This document shows, in pieces, positions 1 to 12,037 of a stretch of 64,000 nt of DNA. The translations under genes were made by a program, and so were the position numbers. Under the pieces are notes generated by a model. That model saw nothing but the letters and a program-made list of their open reading frames with translations, was not told the origin of the DNA and did no database searches. Positions within the stretch are counted from its first letter, which is position 1, and the number at the start of each line of letters is the position of its first letter. The DNA comes from Eledone cirrhosa (Eukaryota), in NCBI GenBank assembly GCA_964016885.1, contig OZ024740.1, positions 218,798,001-218,862,000 on the forward strand, given 5' to 3'.

Positions 1-1553
1 TGCAGTGGGAGGGTGTGGGGGCATATTGTCTATATGCTTCAGCTTGTACCCATGGGAGGTTGGGTACTCTGTATTACTGCGTGACGCCAGAGGTCACCGT
101 CATGTGTCATTGCCTTTGAGAGGTGTAATTGGGTAAGGTCGGCTTTTATCACCTCATCCCAGGTCATCTTGGGTCTCCCCACTCCGCGGTTTCCATCGAC
201 TTCTAGTGCTCTGCACGTTTTTATGCAGCTGTCATCCTTCATACGCATCACATGTCCATATCAGCGCAACCTCCTCTCCTGCACACAGCATTTGATTCCT
301 CTTATGCTCAGTCTCTCTCTCAATTCATTTATGCTTTGTCGTTCACGTATATTACTGTTACACATCCATCGGAGCATGCAGGCTTTGTTTCTCTCTAATC
401 TACGTAAGTCTTCCACCTTCAGCGCCCAAGTCTCACTACCATGCAACATTGCTGTTCGGATACACGCATCATACAGTCTGCCTTTCATTCTGAGGGAGAA
501 GCCTTTTGCAGCTAGCAGTGGTAGTAGTTCCCTAAACTTCTTCCATCCCGTTCTTACTCTAGTTATTGTACTTTCTGAACACCCACCTCCGCTGCTAATT
601 CCGTCACCTAGGTAGCAGAAGCTGTCTACTGTTTCTACAGAGCCCTCCCAGAGATTGGTGGTACTTGTTTCCTCTGGCTGTTTGCTGCTTGCTGTCCCAG
701 CACAGCTGCTACATGTGAAGCCTACATTCTTAATTAAGCTTCCTGAGATCCCGCTACATCTCTTGTGTACCCATTATTTGCATTTGGGACAGAGAATGGA
801 GTTCCTACCTACACCTTTCCTACATACTGAGCAAGGCCATTTCCCTGAGGGGATCTGGGTTCTGTTTTTTCGTCTACTTACAAGGACCTTAGTCTTTGTC
901 ATGTTGACTTTGAGACCCTTTCTTTCTAGTCCCTGCTTCCAAGTTTGGAATTTATTCTCTAGTTTTACCATAGATTCAGCTATAAGTACGAGGTCATCAG
1001 CATACAGGAGTTCCCATGGGCATCCGGTCTTAAACTCCTCCGTTATTGCCTGCAGGACTATGATGAACAGGAGGGGGCTAAGAACAGAGCCCTAGTGGAC
1101 CCCAACCTGTACGCTAAATTCCTTGCTATACTCATTGCTAATCCTAACTTTGCTGACTGCTCCCCTATACATGGCTTGTACCGCTTTCACAAGCCATTCA
1201 TCTACTCCTAGTTTTCTAAGAGCCCACCAGATTACAGCACGTGGAACTCTGTTAAAGGCTTTCTCAAGGTCGACAAATGCCAAGTAGAGTGGCTTACTTT
1301 TAGCTAGGTACTTTTCCTGTAACTGCCTCACAAGTAAGAGGGCATCAGTGGTGCCTCTTCCTGGTACAAACCCAAATTGCATCTCGTCTATTTTCACCCG
1401 GTCCCTAATCAACTGTGCTATAACTCTTTCTGTTACTTTCATGACCTGATCCATCAACTTTATACCTCTATAGTTTCCTCTATCTAGTGCATCACCTTTA
1501 TCTTTGTAGCAGTTGACAATGATGCTACTGCACCAATCTTTTGGTATGACACC
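1..1553 (-). mobile_element. 5'-truncated RTE-clade LINE: RT, embedded PHD-like finger and C-terminus; runs off the window start
   Basis: ORFs 1092-1604, 774-971, 261-488 and 39-251 share one frame, broken only by three point stops. RT motifs NYRGIKL, QFGFVPGRGT, FVDLEKAF, GSVLSPLLF, YADD, FCYLG and the RTE C-terminal GRPKMTW are present. Confidence 0.95.
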
Positions 1554-2809
1554 TAGTATTACCTGTACAGGTCCAAATGCTGATGTTAAAATACTATAAA
1601 ACATAGTGCAACTTATTTATGAGTATATGTGGTAGTATCTAAATATAGAAGGAAACTGCTGAAAATTGATATGAAGACTTGTTTAGCCTCTCAGTAGTGG
1701 TCCATAATATGTGGTTTTGAAAATTGATAATCTTGATGAATGTTATTAATTTCAATGTCATTTTTTTTTTCCAAAATAAAATCATTGTAGAATAAATGAC
1801 CAAATTAATGTTCATTATGAGATCAGGAAGTACATTTGGAAATATGAGTCATAGTGTGTTAAAGAGTTACCAGTTTGTTTGGCAGGGCTTCTGCAAACAA
1901 AAATATATTTTACAATCTGCTGCACAGTGTCGGTCAGATTAACAAAATTTCATTGAACTAAAAAAAAATTTAGTGAAAGGCATCCAGCTGTAAAATATTG
2001 CCTCAAAAAATCCCATCTAACCCATGCTGGTATGGAAACATGGATCTAAAAACAATGATGATGGTGCCAAGAAAGGATTAGGGAATGTTCAGGGATGTAA
2101 CATAACATTTCTTTGTGTCTTGTGTCTGAATCAACTCATCCGTAAAGTTCTGATTTTCTTGGTTGTGTGGTTAAGAAGTTTGCTTTGAAACTACATGGTT
2201 TTAAGTGCTATCTCATCATGTGGCATTTTAGACAAGTGTCTTAGCCTTAGACTAAACAAGGCCTTGTGATTAAATTTAGTGGATGAAAAACTATGAAGCC
2301 CATCATGGTTAAAGTGAATGTGTATCTTTTCTTCTATAGTGGATAAATAATCACTTATAAAATTTAGATGAAGATTTTATTTATTTCATGAATTATGGTA
2401 TTTGATAGCATATTTGCCATTGAATATGGTCATGTAAGGGCTCCCTCCTCTACTATAACTAAGAATATTAACAATTTTTTGTTGTGAATACAGGTAAACA
2501 GTTAATGTTATCAAAACATTTAGCTATAGTACAGCCCCTCCCACAAAAAAAAAAATTATGCAACTTTTAACACCAGGGAATTTTTTTTAATAACATCGTG
2601 TAATTTTCAATAGAGAACAGAAATGGCTTGGCTATAACAGTAAATATTTCATAAAAAGAGCAGTAGAGATGAAAAGACTGGTAAATCATAAAATCAAACA
2701 AGAGGAGACTCGTTTATAATGAACATGTACCATGCATATAAATACATTAAGCTAGGTACCAGTACTATGAATCTATAGTTTCTTGGTAAACATTATACTA
2801 ACAGATAAT

Positions 2810-3190
2810 TCATCATCAGTGGCAGTATTTTACATCGTCACTGCCATTATACATTGATTTTCTATACTTGCATATGGTAGGTTGTCACATTCTGAGGCTG
2901 TTCAGATAGGTCAGATAGTGTCTTGCTTATACATTTTATTTTGGCATGATTTTTTATGTTCTGGTCTTCTTCCTAATACTAATCACTACACAGCATGTAC
3001 TAGGTTTGTTTACTTGTGGTGCAACCACTACCACCTGACAGTCGACTGCATGCTTTTTTGTGGCACCATCACTACCACTTTACAATGTGGGTTGAGTGCA
3101 TTTTGTGGCACCAGCACTACCACTTTACAGTATGGACTGTGTGTATTTTATCATGATACCAGCACTTCCACTTTTCAGTGTTTTTGAAGG
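2810..3190 (-). mobile_element. Degenerate RTE LINE 3' UTR fragment
   Basis: catcatc tail, then ttcctaatactaa and repeated accactttacagtgtgg units, as in the copies at 35.5, 45.4 and 60.6 kb. Confidence 0.55.
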
Positions 3191-3769
3191 AATCGTCTTT
3201 AACTCAGTATTAACATTATTGGACACTGATGTCTTTCATTTAACCCTCTCCTTGTGTTTCCTAAAAACTCTTTATGAAATAAAATTAGAATTTTATATCA
3301 ACTTTATGGAAATTTTAGACTTTATTTTTGAATGATCTAAAAACAAAAATCAGTTCAAGACTTTTCTTTTAACAATTTCCTTTCTGTTCTTAAAATGGCC
3401 TTTTAATAAAAATTCATGTGAAGGAATGCCTGTCAAATAATATATTGTATGTAAAACTCTGCCTGTGCTCTAATCCCAAGCCATATGTATATATAACTTA
3501 ATTAAATATTTGTGAATATAAAAATATTTAAATAAGCATGCATAGTTTAGATAATTTTAATACCCAATCAATACCAACGTTGCTATTTTCTTAATTATTT
3601 ACTTCCTAATTCATAGTATGATAGTGGAAGGATCTAAGGTTTTGAAGCTAAATAAACTTTTTGGTGGATTAAGAAATTGTTTGTTGTATTTCAATATTTT
3701 GAACTCTTTTATGCCTGGAACAATACACTTTTTGAATATTGGGTTGGATTTTTGTCCATTAAAAATCTT

Positions 3770-3959
3770 TTAACCTTTTTGTTACCTTATTTCTAATAAA
3801 AGACACAACTAAATGGTTTTTAGATAATCTTGAAAATAATGAAGAGTTTGAAGGGATTTAGTAAAATAATTTTTCTCATTAAGCTGATGTATAGAACATA
3901 ACAAAGGCTCTTACATAAAATTATGTATTTTCAGGCAGTTTAATATCAAAGAGGCTAAA
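3770..3959. mobile_element. TTAA-bounded MITE, family P2 (piggyBac-like)
   Basis: Starts ttaaccttttt and is the reverse complement of the copies at 18196-18422 and 48076-48278. Confidence 0.55.
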
Positions 3960-4108
3960 TACTTTTAACCTTTTTCCTTCAACATTTTTCTTTAAAAAAT
4001 AAGGTTGTGCCTTATACACTGGTGCATCTTATAACTTGAAAATACAGTATATAATTTTTTTAAAATGATTGATTGAATATTAATTATAATTTGTTTTCTC
4101 TTTACTAG

Positions 4109-4266
4109 TTGTGAAGGCTGTAAAGGGTTCTTCAAAAGAACTGTGCGGAAAGATCTTACTTACGCTTGCCGTGATGACAGAAACTGTATCATTGACAAAC
4201 GGCAAAGAAATCGATGTCAATATTGTCGTTATATGAAATGTTTGGCTATGGGAATGAAACGAGAAG
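4109..4266 (+). CDS. RXR: Retinoid X receptor (NR2B), internal coding exon: P-box and second zinc finger of the DNA-binding domain
   Basis: Acceptor ttttctctttactag|T and donor GAAG|gtgagt. Translates (S)[52 protein letters not shown], a diagnostic RXR/USP DBD. 158 nt, phase 2 in and phase 1 out. Confidence 0.98.
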
Positions 4267-6056
4267 GTGAGTTTTCAGTTTTTTTTTCATCTGCACAGCT
4301 CAATGGTGTGATGGTAGAACTAGTGCTGGCAAATTATGTATTTTGTATTGACACAACACTTAATTGAATTAGAAATATATACATTCATTAAAATTAAGAT
4401 TAAGCTAAATATTATATATTCTTTTATTTCAGGAGTAACGTTTGGTAATTATAGAACATTTTCTATTTTTTATAAATACATACGTACATACACATATATA
4501 TATATATGTATGTATGTATATATTAATGCTACTTTTTAAATATGTATATGTATATATATATTTATATATTAATGCTAATTTTTAGATATGTATTTATGTA
4601 TATATGTATATATTAACACTAAATATATATTAACACTAATTGTGAAAATTAAAAGTAACAATTATTACTGTTACATCTTTGAAAGTGTTGTGTTGGTACT
4701 GAACCATTTTTAAAAAATTATTATGAAATAACTATGTGAAATATGTATATTAAAAAAAAAAACATACTTCATTAAGTTGTTTCCTGCTGCCTTTCCTTGT
4801 GCTGCTCCCATGCTAGTCTGGTGACACTCATATTCTTATAACTAGAACACTGACCTATATCTTTGCTAAAAATCTTCACTATTAATGACACATAACTCTA
4901 CATCTCTTTACTAATTGTCTATTTACTTCATTTTCTTTTTTTATTAAAATTTGTACAAAGGGAATATAGTTATTTTTTAGATGATTAAAAAAAATGTGCA
5001 ATTCATGTTGAAGAGAAAAAAAAAGTTTTTGTTTGTGAGATTTGTGTGAGCTTTCCTTATTCTGTTGTGATGTTTAGAAAAGTCTGATTGTTATTCTAGC
5101 TGACATAGGGAGTATTCTTTCTTCAGTTGTTTTAATGTTATTCCTCCTGTGTTTATTTAATTTGATATTTAGAATGTGTGTATGTATGTTCTAGATAATT
5201 CATTGTTATTCTTCTGTGGGTTTTTATTCTCAAACCTTAATTTTTGTTTTTGATGAATTTTATGAAAAAGTAAAGGCAAACTGGCATTAGGGCATTAGAA
5301 AAAAAATACTGTGTTCTGAGTTCAAATCTTGCCAAATTCAACTTTGTTCTTTATCCTCTTATGGTGGATAAAGTACCAATCTTGGGGTATATTTTGGCAG
5401 AATTGTTAAAGCATCAGACAGGATGCCTGGCTCTGTGCATTCTAAGTTCAAATTTTGCCCCCTGTCACTGTAAAAACGGTGATATTTCTGTTCAGATACG
5501 TGACCAACAAATAGTATCAGTAATTGCAAGTCCAATCAATGGAAACATTTCCTTGCTTTCTTGGTCCAATCTGGAAAAATCTGCTTGTTTTTATTTTTAT
5601 TTTATATGCAAAATTGTATTCAAAATAATGGAAGTAACTCAGCAAATATTTAAACCAATGTCTGGTAAATTTTTAGCTAAGTCCAGTAATAACTATTTTC
5701 AATTTCTAGATTAAACTTATAAATTACAATATGGATTATGACGATTTCGAAAAATAAAATCAACTATAAATTTGATGTGCTGAAGAAAAGTTTTTTACAG
5801 TTAAATCATTTCCTTTGTGAATGTTATCATTCCAATGAGTATATATCGTCACCCTCTTTTGATACCAATCTGACACTATCTCTAGATCTTTGGTTTAGAT
5901 CTTCATGTGTTCATATTGGAATTAAAACCTTTCATCATAATTTTAAATCAGAACTTATCGTTGACTCTTTCACTACTGAATTTATGTAAAATTCTGTTAA
6001 ATCACTGAGTTTTCTCCTGATAATTTGGTGGTAAAAAGGACAGTGAAAATGAATTT

Positions 6057-7752
6057 CTAGTGGTAAGTTTTAAAGTGTTGATCTATGTACATTTCAACTT
6101 TACAGTCCGTCGCCAAATTCTTACACAAGTGCTCTTCAAACCCATGCCTTGTTTCTCTACACAAACAACAAACATAACATGTTTTTTTTTTATATCTGGA
6201 ATGAAATCATAAAAATATTTAGCAATAAATCTAGCATCAAGTTGTCCAACATTCCATTGTTGCTCTTAGTGCTACTATCAACAAGTTTGATAAAAAAAAT
6301 TGGTTATGAGTAAGTTTCTTTCCTTGAATATCAACGTTCATAATGCTAACAAGACCTTTCAATCAAATGGAATAGAACCATTCTCCAATAGTTAAGCCTT
6401 TTTTCCTGCAGAATATTGGCCAGTCATCTGTTCTGAAGAATCTATTCAACCCATGCTTCAATTGTACTTCACTATAACATACAACATAATTTTTGATATT
6501 ATATTTCCTCACTCCCCTGTTGTTTTCCTACTGACATCAGTAGAAAGTATTCTTTCATTATATATCCATCCAATTTATTGCCAACAGTTGCTCTTTTTGT
6601 CTTTTATTTCTGAGTTGAGTTTTTGTTTTTAATTCCTACAACACATTGAAACAAATGACTGAACTATGACATACATGAAATATCTTGGTCAGATTTCCAT
6701 GTCTACAACAGGGTGATGGCTTTTATCACCATGGTCCTCCATCATCTTGCTGCAAACATTAAAGGACTGGCTATATTTGGATACTTTCATACCATTTATA
6801 TGGTGTATGTATTCTGTCTGAATCAGCCAAGTTGTATTCCTTCAAACTCCACTGGTAGTGTTTCTTTATTTTTATATAGTTTACTAAACACATCAATATC
6901 ACCCTTTGAACCCAGCGATAGTCTCATCAATAGAAAGACGTTCATGAAGCCTAAAATTTCATAACCTACATAGCATTGCACTGCTTGAATATAGCATGAG
7001 ATTTGTAAATCCAATTGTATCCTCTCATATACCACACATTGGATCATTCTCAGTGTCCAAGATGTGCCAAAACTGTAGGATAAGTTCAAATGTATTTCTA
7101 ATCACCAGTGCTGTGGGAATGTTTGTCAGTGTTCCAGTATGAAGCAAGGGTTGACCCCCCCCACAAGTAGCCATATATGGCACAGTGTCAGCTCTCCATG
7201 AAAAAGTTCATTCTGGAATGGTAATACAAAATACCTAACTCTGTTGTATGATGTGTGTGTAATGTATATTTATTTCACTGATTATATAATAAAGACTTTA
7301 CTATCAGCAGTAGACAGTAAAAACCTATAAAAACATTCCACTACTGCAGTGCTAGCAGGAGTCCACACTGGACTTGATCAATGTTCATAAAAATTCTTCA
7401 GTTTAGGCAGTTATCGATTTTGCAAAACTTCCCGGTTATTACCAACTATAGAATATACATCATTGTCTGAATTATCTTCAGGTATAGACCTAGAGGTAGC
7501 ATGCTTTTTGTGTTCATGGCTGTGACCAACACAAAAGCCATGGATATTTTACACTAGGAGTTTAATCAGCTTCAAGGTCTTCAACATTGCTGGCTTCACT
7601 TTTATCACCTAAAGTTGCATTGAAATCATCTTTAGGTTTTGAGTCACTTAAAGAATCATTAGAATCCAGCAATATGATTTACCTCATCTAATTTGTAGAG
7701 ATTTGACCACTTTCGATCAGGCTGTTTATGCGAAATACTGGTTCGCCACCAT
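6057..7752 (-). pseudogene. Fossil piggyBac transposase with many stops and frameshifts; the element may extend to about 5459
   Basis: Minus-strand motifs in the correct order: acidic N-terminus (LLDSNDSLSDS..EDLEAD), LSIDETIAGFKG (~6905-6937), YIKIKKHYQWSLKEYNLADSD, HHPVVD, WMD..ILST, KYN*SMG*IDSSEQMTGQY (~6413-6468), and the Cys-rich tail VVCVEK..DCKVEMYIDQHFKTYH*. Confidence 0.85.
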
Positions 7753-8957
7753 TTATAATTATCTAAATCCAGATAATTATAAATCTATAATTTTCTATAC
7801 CGAGTTCTCAACATAAGCAAAATCTGCTATAATTTCTTGTCAGTTGTGGTCACTATCTGGCATATAATGACAACTCTGGCTATTTTCATTGGATACAACA
7901 AATAATCATTTAACATCCGTCTTGTCCGCTATGAGGGGTTGGTTGGATGATCACAGACTGACTCCGTACTCAAACATGTATGTTGTGCTATGGTAGCTAG
8001 TGTTAATTTATACTCGAAATACCATTTTAATGAAAAAATTGTAGCATATACTCAGATGTTGCACTTGTTTCCACGAAAATGCAGCATGAAAAACATCTAC
8101 TGACTCCCTACAAAACCTCAATTCAAAATATACAGTATATTATAAATGTATGTAAAATGGAAATGTAGCTTATCTACTGATAAAACTTAGACATGAGTAT
8201 ATATATATATATATATTAGTTATTTTACTTAAATCTTTCCAATTTCTTGATTTTTAGAATTTGTGTATACTATAGATTTTAAAAGCAATCTTGGTTGTCT
8301 ACATTTGCTTTAAATTCTAGTTAACTATGATAGTATTTTCAAAAAGTGATGGGAAAATGTGTACAGCAGTGTTTGCGATTAGCATTGTCTTAATTATTTT
8401 GATACTAAACTGCCTGAAACTGCACCTAGTTCTATGACACAGAACTGTTTACAGTGTTTCTATTTATCTAAAGCTTTCCATCATAATTTTATGTAAGAAA
8501 TATTTTAGTTTTTACTAAACCCTCCGAATTCATCATCAATCATACGTCTGCTTTTCCCTGCTTGCAAGAGTGGAATTCTTGATTATATTTAAGATTATTT
8601 GCAAATCATCGACAGTGTCTTTTAGAAATATGACAGATGGTTTAAGATGCACAACTCCAGCATGTAAAGTTCTAGTTAAAATTTAACCAATGGTGGCAAT
8701 TTATTCACTTGATTCATACTTTCTAAGGTTATCATATGTTAATGATCTCTTATTAGCATTAGTGTCATTAAGCCATAATATTAGCTAGTAATTAATGTTA
8801 AGAACTTTATTTAATAAAGACTGTGTTGTTGTTATGTTATTTATATTTGTTTACTTATTTGCTTGGTGAAAATTGATATGTTGTCTGGTATGCTCAGTAA
8901 ATTGATATTTCATATATAATGCGTTTTTATGCACACTACCACACTACAATAGACACA

Positions 8958-9110
8958 AACATGGCTGTAGTTAAGACCTTCACTTTGCAACCATATTGTT
9001 TTGATTCAATCCTACAGCTTGGCACCTTGGGCAGGTGTTTTCTGTTGTACCCACAGGTTGACCAATACCTCGTGAGTGAATTTCGTTGATGCAAAATTTG
9101 TTGTATATAT
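8958..9110 (+). mobile_element. tRNA-derived CORE-type SINE (family B)
   Basis: catggctgtagttaag head, gcaccttgggcaggtg core and gtgagtgaattt. Many copies in the window, e.g. ~2160, 21715, 33072, 51860, 56610 (+) and 23170-23300 (-). Confidence 0.7.
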
Positions 9111-10004
9111 ATATTTGGGCATGTGCTAATTGCTGAGTGTCCATATTGATGCTGTTTAAAAAAGTGTGTAGTTACATTATGAATGTAGTTACATTATGAA
9201 TATAGTTACATTATAATATGAACTGCAGCTTAGCAGATCTGTCGAAAGTCAGCAATATAAACCATACTTAGAAATATTTAGGTATGGGTTGGCATCAGGA
9301 AAGATATAAATTTAATAAAAAAAACTTGCTTCTAAAAACATGTCTTGATCAACCGAAGAAAACGTAAAACATGATGCAATACGACTAGAAACACCGTATG
9401 TGTGAAGAGCCAGCACATATTACAGCTACCTTGCACATTAAGGATGATTGAGGTATGTGGGTTGTTTAAAAACCTCTCCAACCTCTGATAACTTGGCAAA
9501 ATGGATATAAAAAACAATATTGATATTCTTGTAGGCAGCTACTTGGTAGAATCATGACGGCATTGGGTACAATACTCTGTGCTCTGAGTTCAAAACCTGT
9601 CAATGCCAGCTTAGCTTTTCTTCCTTTAGGTGTTAATAAAATATTTGTCCAGCTCTGGGGCTGATTCTTTATTTTCTCTCTCAAAGAAATTGGCTGCAGT
9701 CTAACTTGGAGAGAACTTGAGTGCCATCTGATTTAAAATGCCCAAAGTCACATCATATGATGCCCCCTCCTCCCATCACAACTTCCTTAAGAGTTATCTA
9801 ATAAGGGATCAGTGTGATCGTTATTCTTAGACATGATATCAAACTGCCTAAAACCATCCCTTCTTCTATAATACAAAGCAGTATATTGTTAAATCTTTGA
9901 AAAACAGACACCTATCATAATTTTATGTTAGAACCTTTAAATAATGCTCTAAATACCAACTTAATAAGGAGAAAGTTATATTACTAAATTCCTTCAAATT
10001 CTCG

Positions 10005-10150
10005 ATTATTTTGGCTTCTTATTTTCCGAGTTCAAATCCCGCCAAAGATAGCTTTGTTTTTCATCCTTACGGGGTTGATCAAATAAAGTACCAGTAATGT
10101 ACTGGAGTCCATTTAATCGACTTTCCCCTCCCTTAAAATTGTTGGTCTTG
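10005..10150 (+). mobile_element. tRNA-derived SINE (family A)
   Basis: B-box gagttcaaatcc and conserved core tttcatccttacggggttgatcaaataaagtaccag. Other partial copies at ~5320, 9535, 37310, 60085 (+) and ~20000, 21880, 32360, 35335, 40060 (-). Confidence 0.75.
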
Positions 10151-10982
10151 TGCCTAAAATCAGAAACATATATATAACAAAAAGGTTAAACTTGAACTTG
10201 CTTGTCTCAATGTGTTCATGTAATGTAAATTCTTTTTGTCAACTCTGAAAGTAATGTAATAATTGTTTCTACTTTTGGCACAAGGCCAGCAATTACCCAG
10301 TGCATTACTGGTAATGTTGGTATTTACATTGTAGTAGGTTCTTCCTACATGATCTGTCTGGCTATCCTATCGAGAAACTGTCTAGTTGGTTCTATATTGA
10401 CTTTCTTGTTTACATGTTTACATATCCTTTATATCAGTCACCCCTCCTCTCTCTCACTCAGTCTCACTAAATATCACCTTCCTTTCTCAGCCATTCAGTA
10501 AATCTCTGCCTTCCCTTTCCCCCTCTCTACCAGCCAATCTCAACATCTCTTACTCACTCCTCTTCCTCTGTTACTTTCTCTTTCTTGCCCTTCCCACTCT
10601 GCACCCCCCTCATGTCAACTACTTTCCATAACTTTCTCTCCCACCACTTCTCCCTCTTATATCTGTTTGTTCCCAATAAATCTCTCTTCCTCCCTCTCAC
10701 TTTCCTGCAATTTCTTTTATTGAAACATTTCATTAAAGAATGAAGTCTGTATATTTAATCAGTGATAATTAAGATAATTAAGGTTGTTAATCAAAGTTTA
10801 ATTAAATTATTGGTATTTTTTCTTTTGTGTACTGAATAGCTTGCTGACTTAAGTAGTTAATTTTATTGGTTGATACATTTAAAGCCATGTAACTAATGAA
10901 ATCATAGCTTTTGCAATAAATTAAACAGGATGTGTTTGGTCTCTCCTACTATATATTTTTCTTTTTGATCATGTAAATGATA

Positions 10983-10985
<3 letters not shown>

Positions 10986-11059
<74 letters not shown>
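10986..11059. repeat. (GT)n microsatellite
   Basis: Uninterrupted GT run. Confidence 0.95.
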
Positions 11060-11061
<2 letters not shown>

Positions 11062-11303
11062 ATTGATCTCCCAAGCAAGCCAGGAATTTGTGTCGTGTTT
11101 ATGTAGTGTCACGTTCCATTGAGTGTTCAGGAGAAGTTGTCATGCCTTTGACACAACTGAGGGTCCTCCCAACCCTATGTTTGGCAAGATTTCTATAGCT
11201 GGATAACCTTTCTATCACCAACACACTTTACAGTGTGTACAGGGTGCATTTATCGTATAAATCAACCAACACTAGCAAGGTTGTCATGCCCTTGGGGACG
11301 GGA

Positions 11304-11570
11304 TCATCATCGTTTTAACATCTATTTTATTTGCTAGCATGGGTTGTCCCGTTTGGGGAAAGTCAGGTCAGAGGACTGTCTTGTTCATACAGAACTATTT
11401 CTGGCTTGGTTTCTATGGCTGGATGCCCTTCCTAACACCAACCACACTTTGAGTATGTGCTGGGTACTTTTTGTCGTGACACCTACATGACCACTTTACC
11501 TGCGTGTGCTGGGTGCTTTTTGTTGTGATACCTACATGACCACTTTACAATGTGGACTGGATGGTGTGTG
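11304..11570 (-). mobile_element. RTE LINE 3' end fragment
   Basis: atcatcatcgttttaacatc tail, gctagcatgggtt, ggctggatgcccttcctaacac and tandem acacctacatgaccactttac units. Confidence 0.7.
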
Positions 11571-11829
11571 ACCATTTTTTATTTTATTTATTTATTTATT
11601 TATTTATTTTTTTTGAGGAAGTTCCAATGTTTTCAAGTTTTTATAGGTTTTGCTGTTGCTGTCTGAAGAGCTCCAGCAATAGTTCTCAGTGAAATATGTA
11701 TAAGAGTTTTAAGTAAACCTGAATCAACTGATTATGGCCTTTGATCTTTTTAATAATTCAGATGGAATTTACATTTTTAAAGATTCTAGTATATGGAAAA
11801 AAAATTGATATATTGGTTATCTGGCTTAA

Positions 11830-12037
11830 CCCATTAGCATTTACATTACTCTATATTTACTATTGTATTTTCACGGTAAAGGCTTTACTTAACATAATAT
11901 CGAATCTACAAGATTTTGATATTATTTATTTTGAGAATAATACCTTAACATCAGTATGAGTGGTCGGTTGCAGTCAGTTTAAACAGAAAGAGGTGAGAGA
12001 ATTCTGGCTGGATGTGGCCGGCTTAAATGTTAAAGGG
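11830..12037. mobile_element. piggyBac-like MITE, family P1, with TTAA TSD
   Basis: TTAA|CCCATTAGCATTTA...TAAATGTTAAAGGG|TTAA terminal inverted repeats. Homologous copies at 36916-37066, ~15120-15250 and 60370-61249. Confidence 0.85.

Noticed and set aside
169-1095. Plus-strand ORFs of 148 and 146 aa
   Set aside because: Antisense shadows of the RTE reading frame.
11470-11555. Spaced direct repeats resembling a CRISPR array
   Set aside because: Eukaryotic context. These are tandem subrepeats of the RTE 3' UTR.
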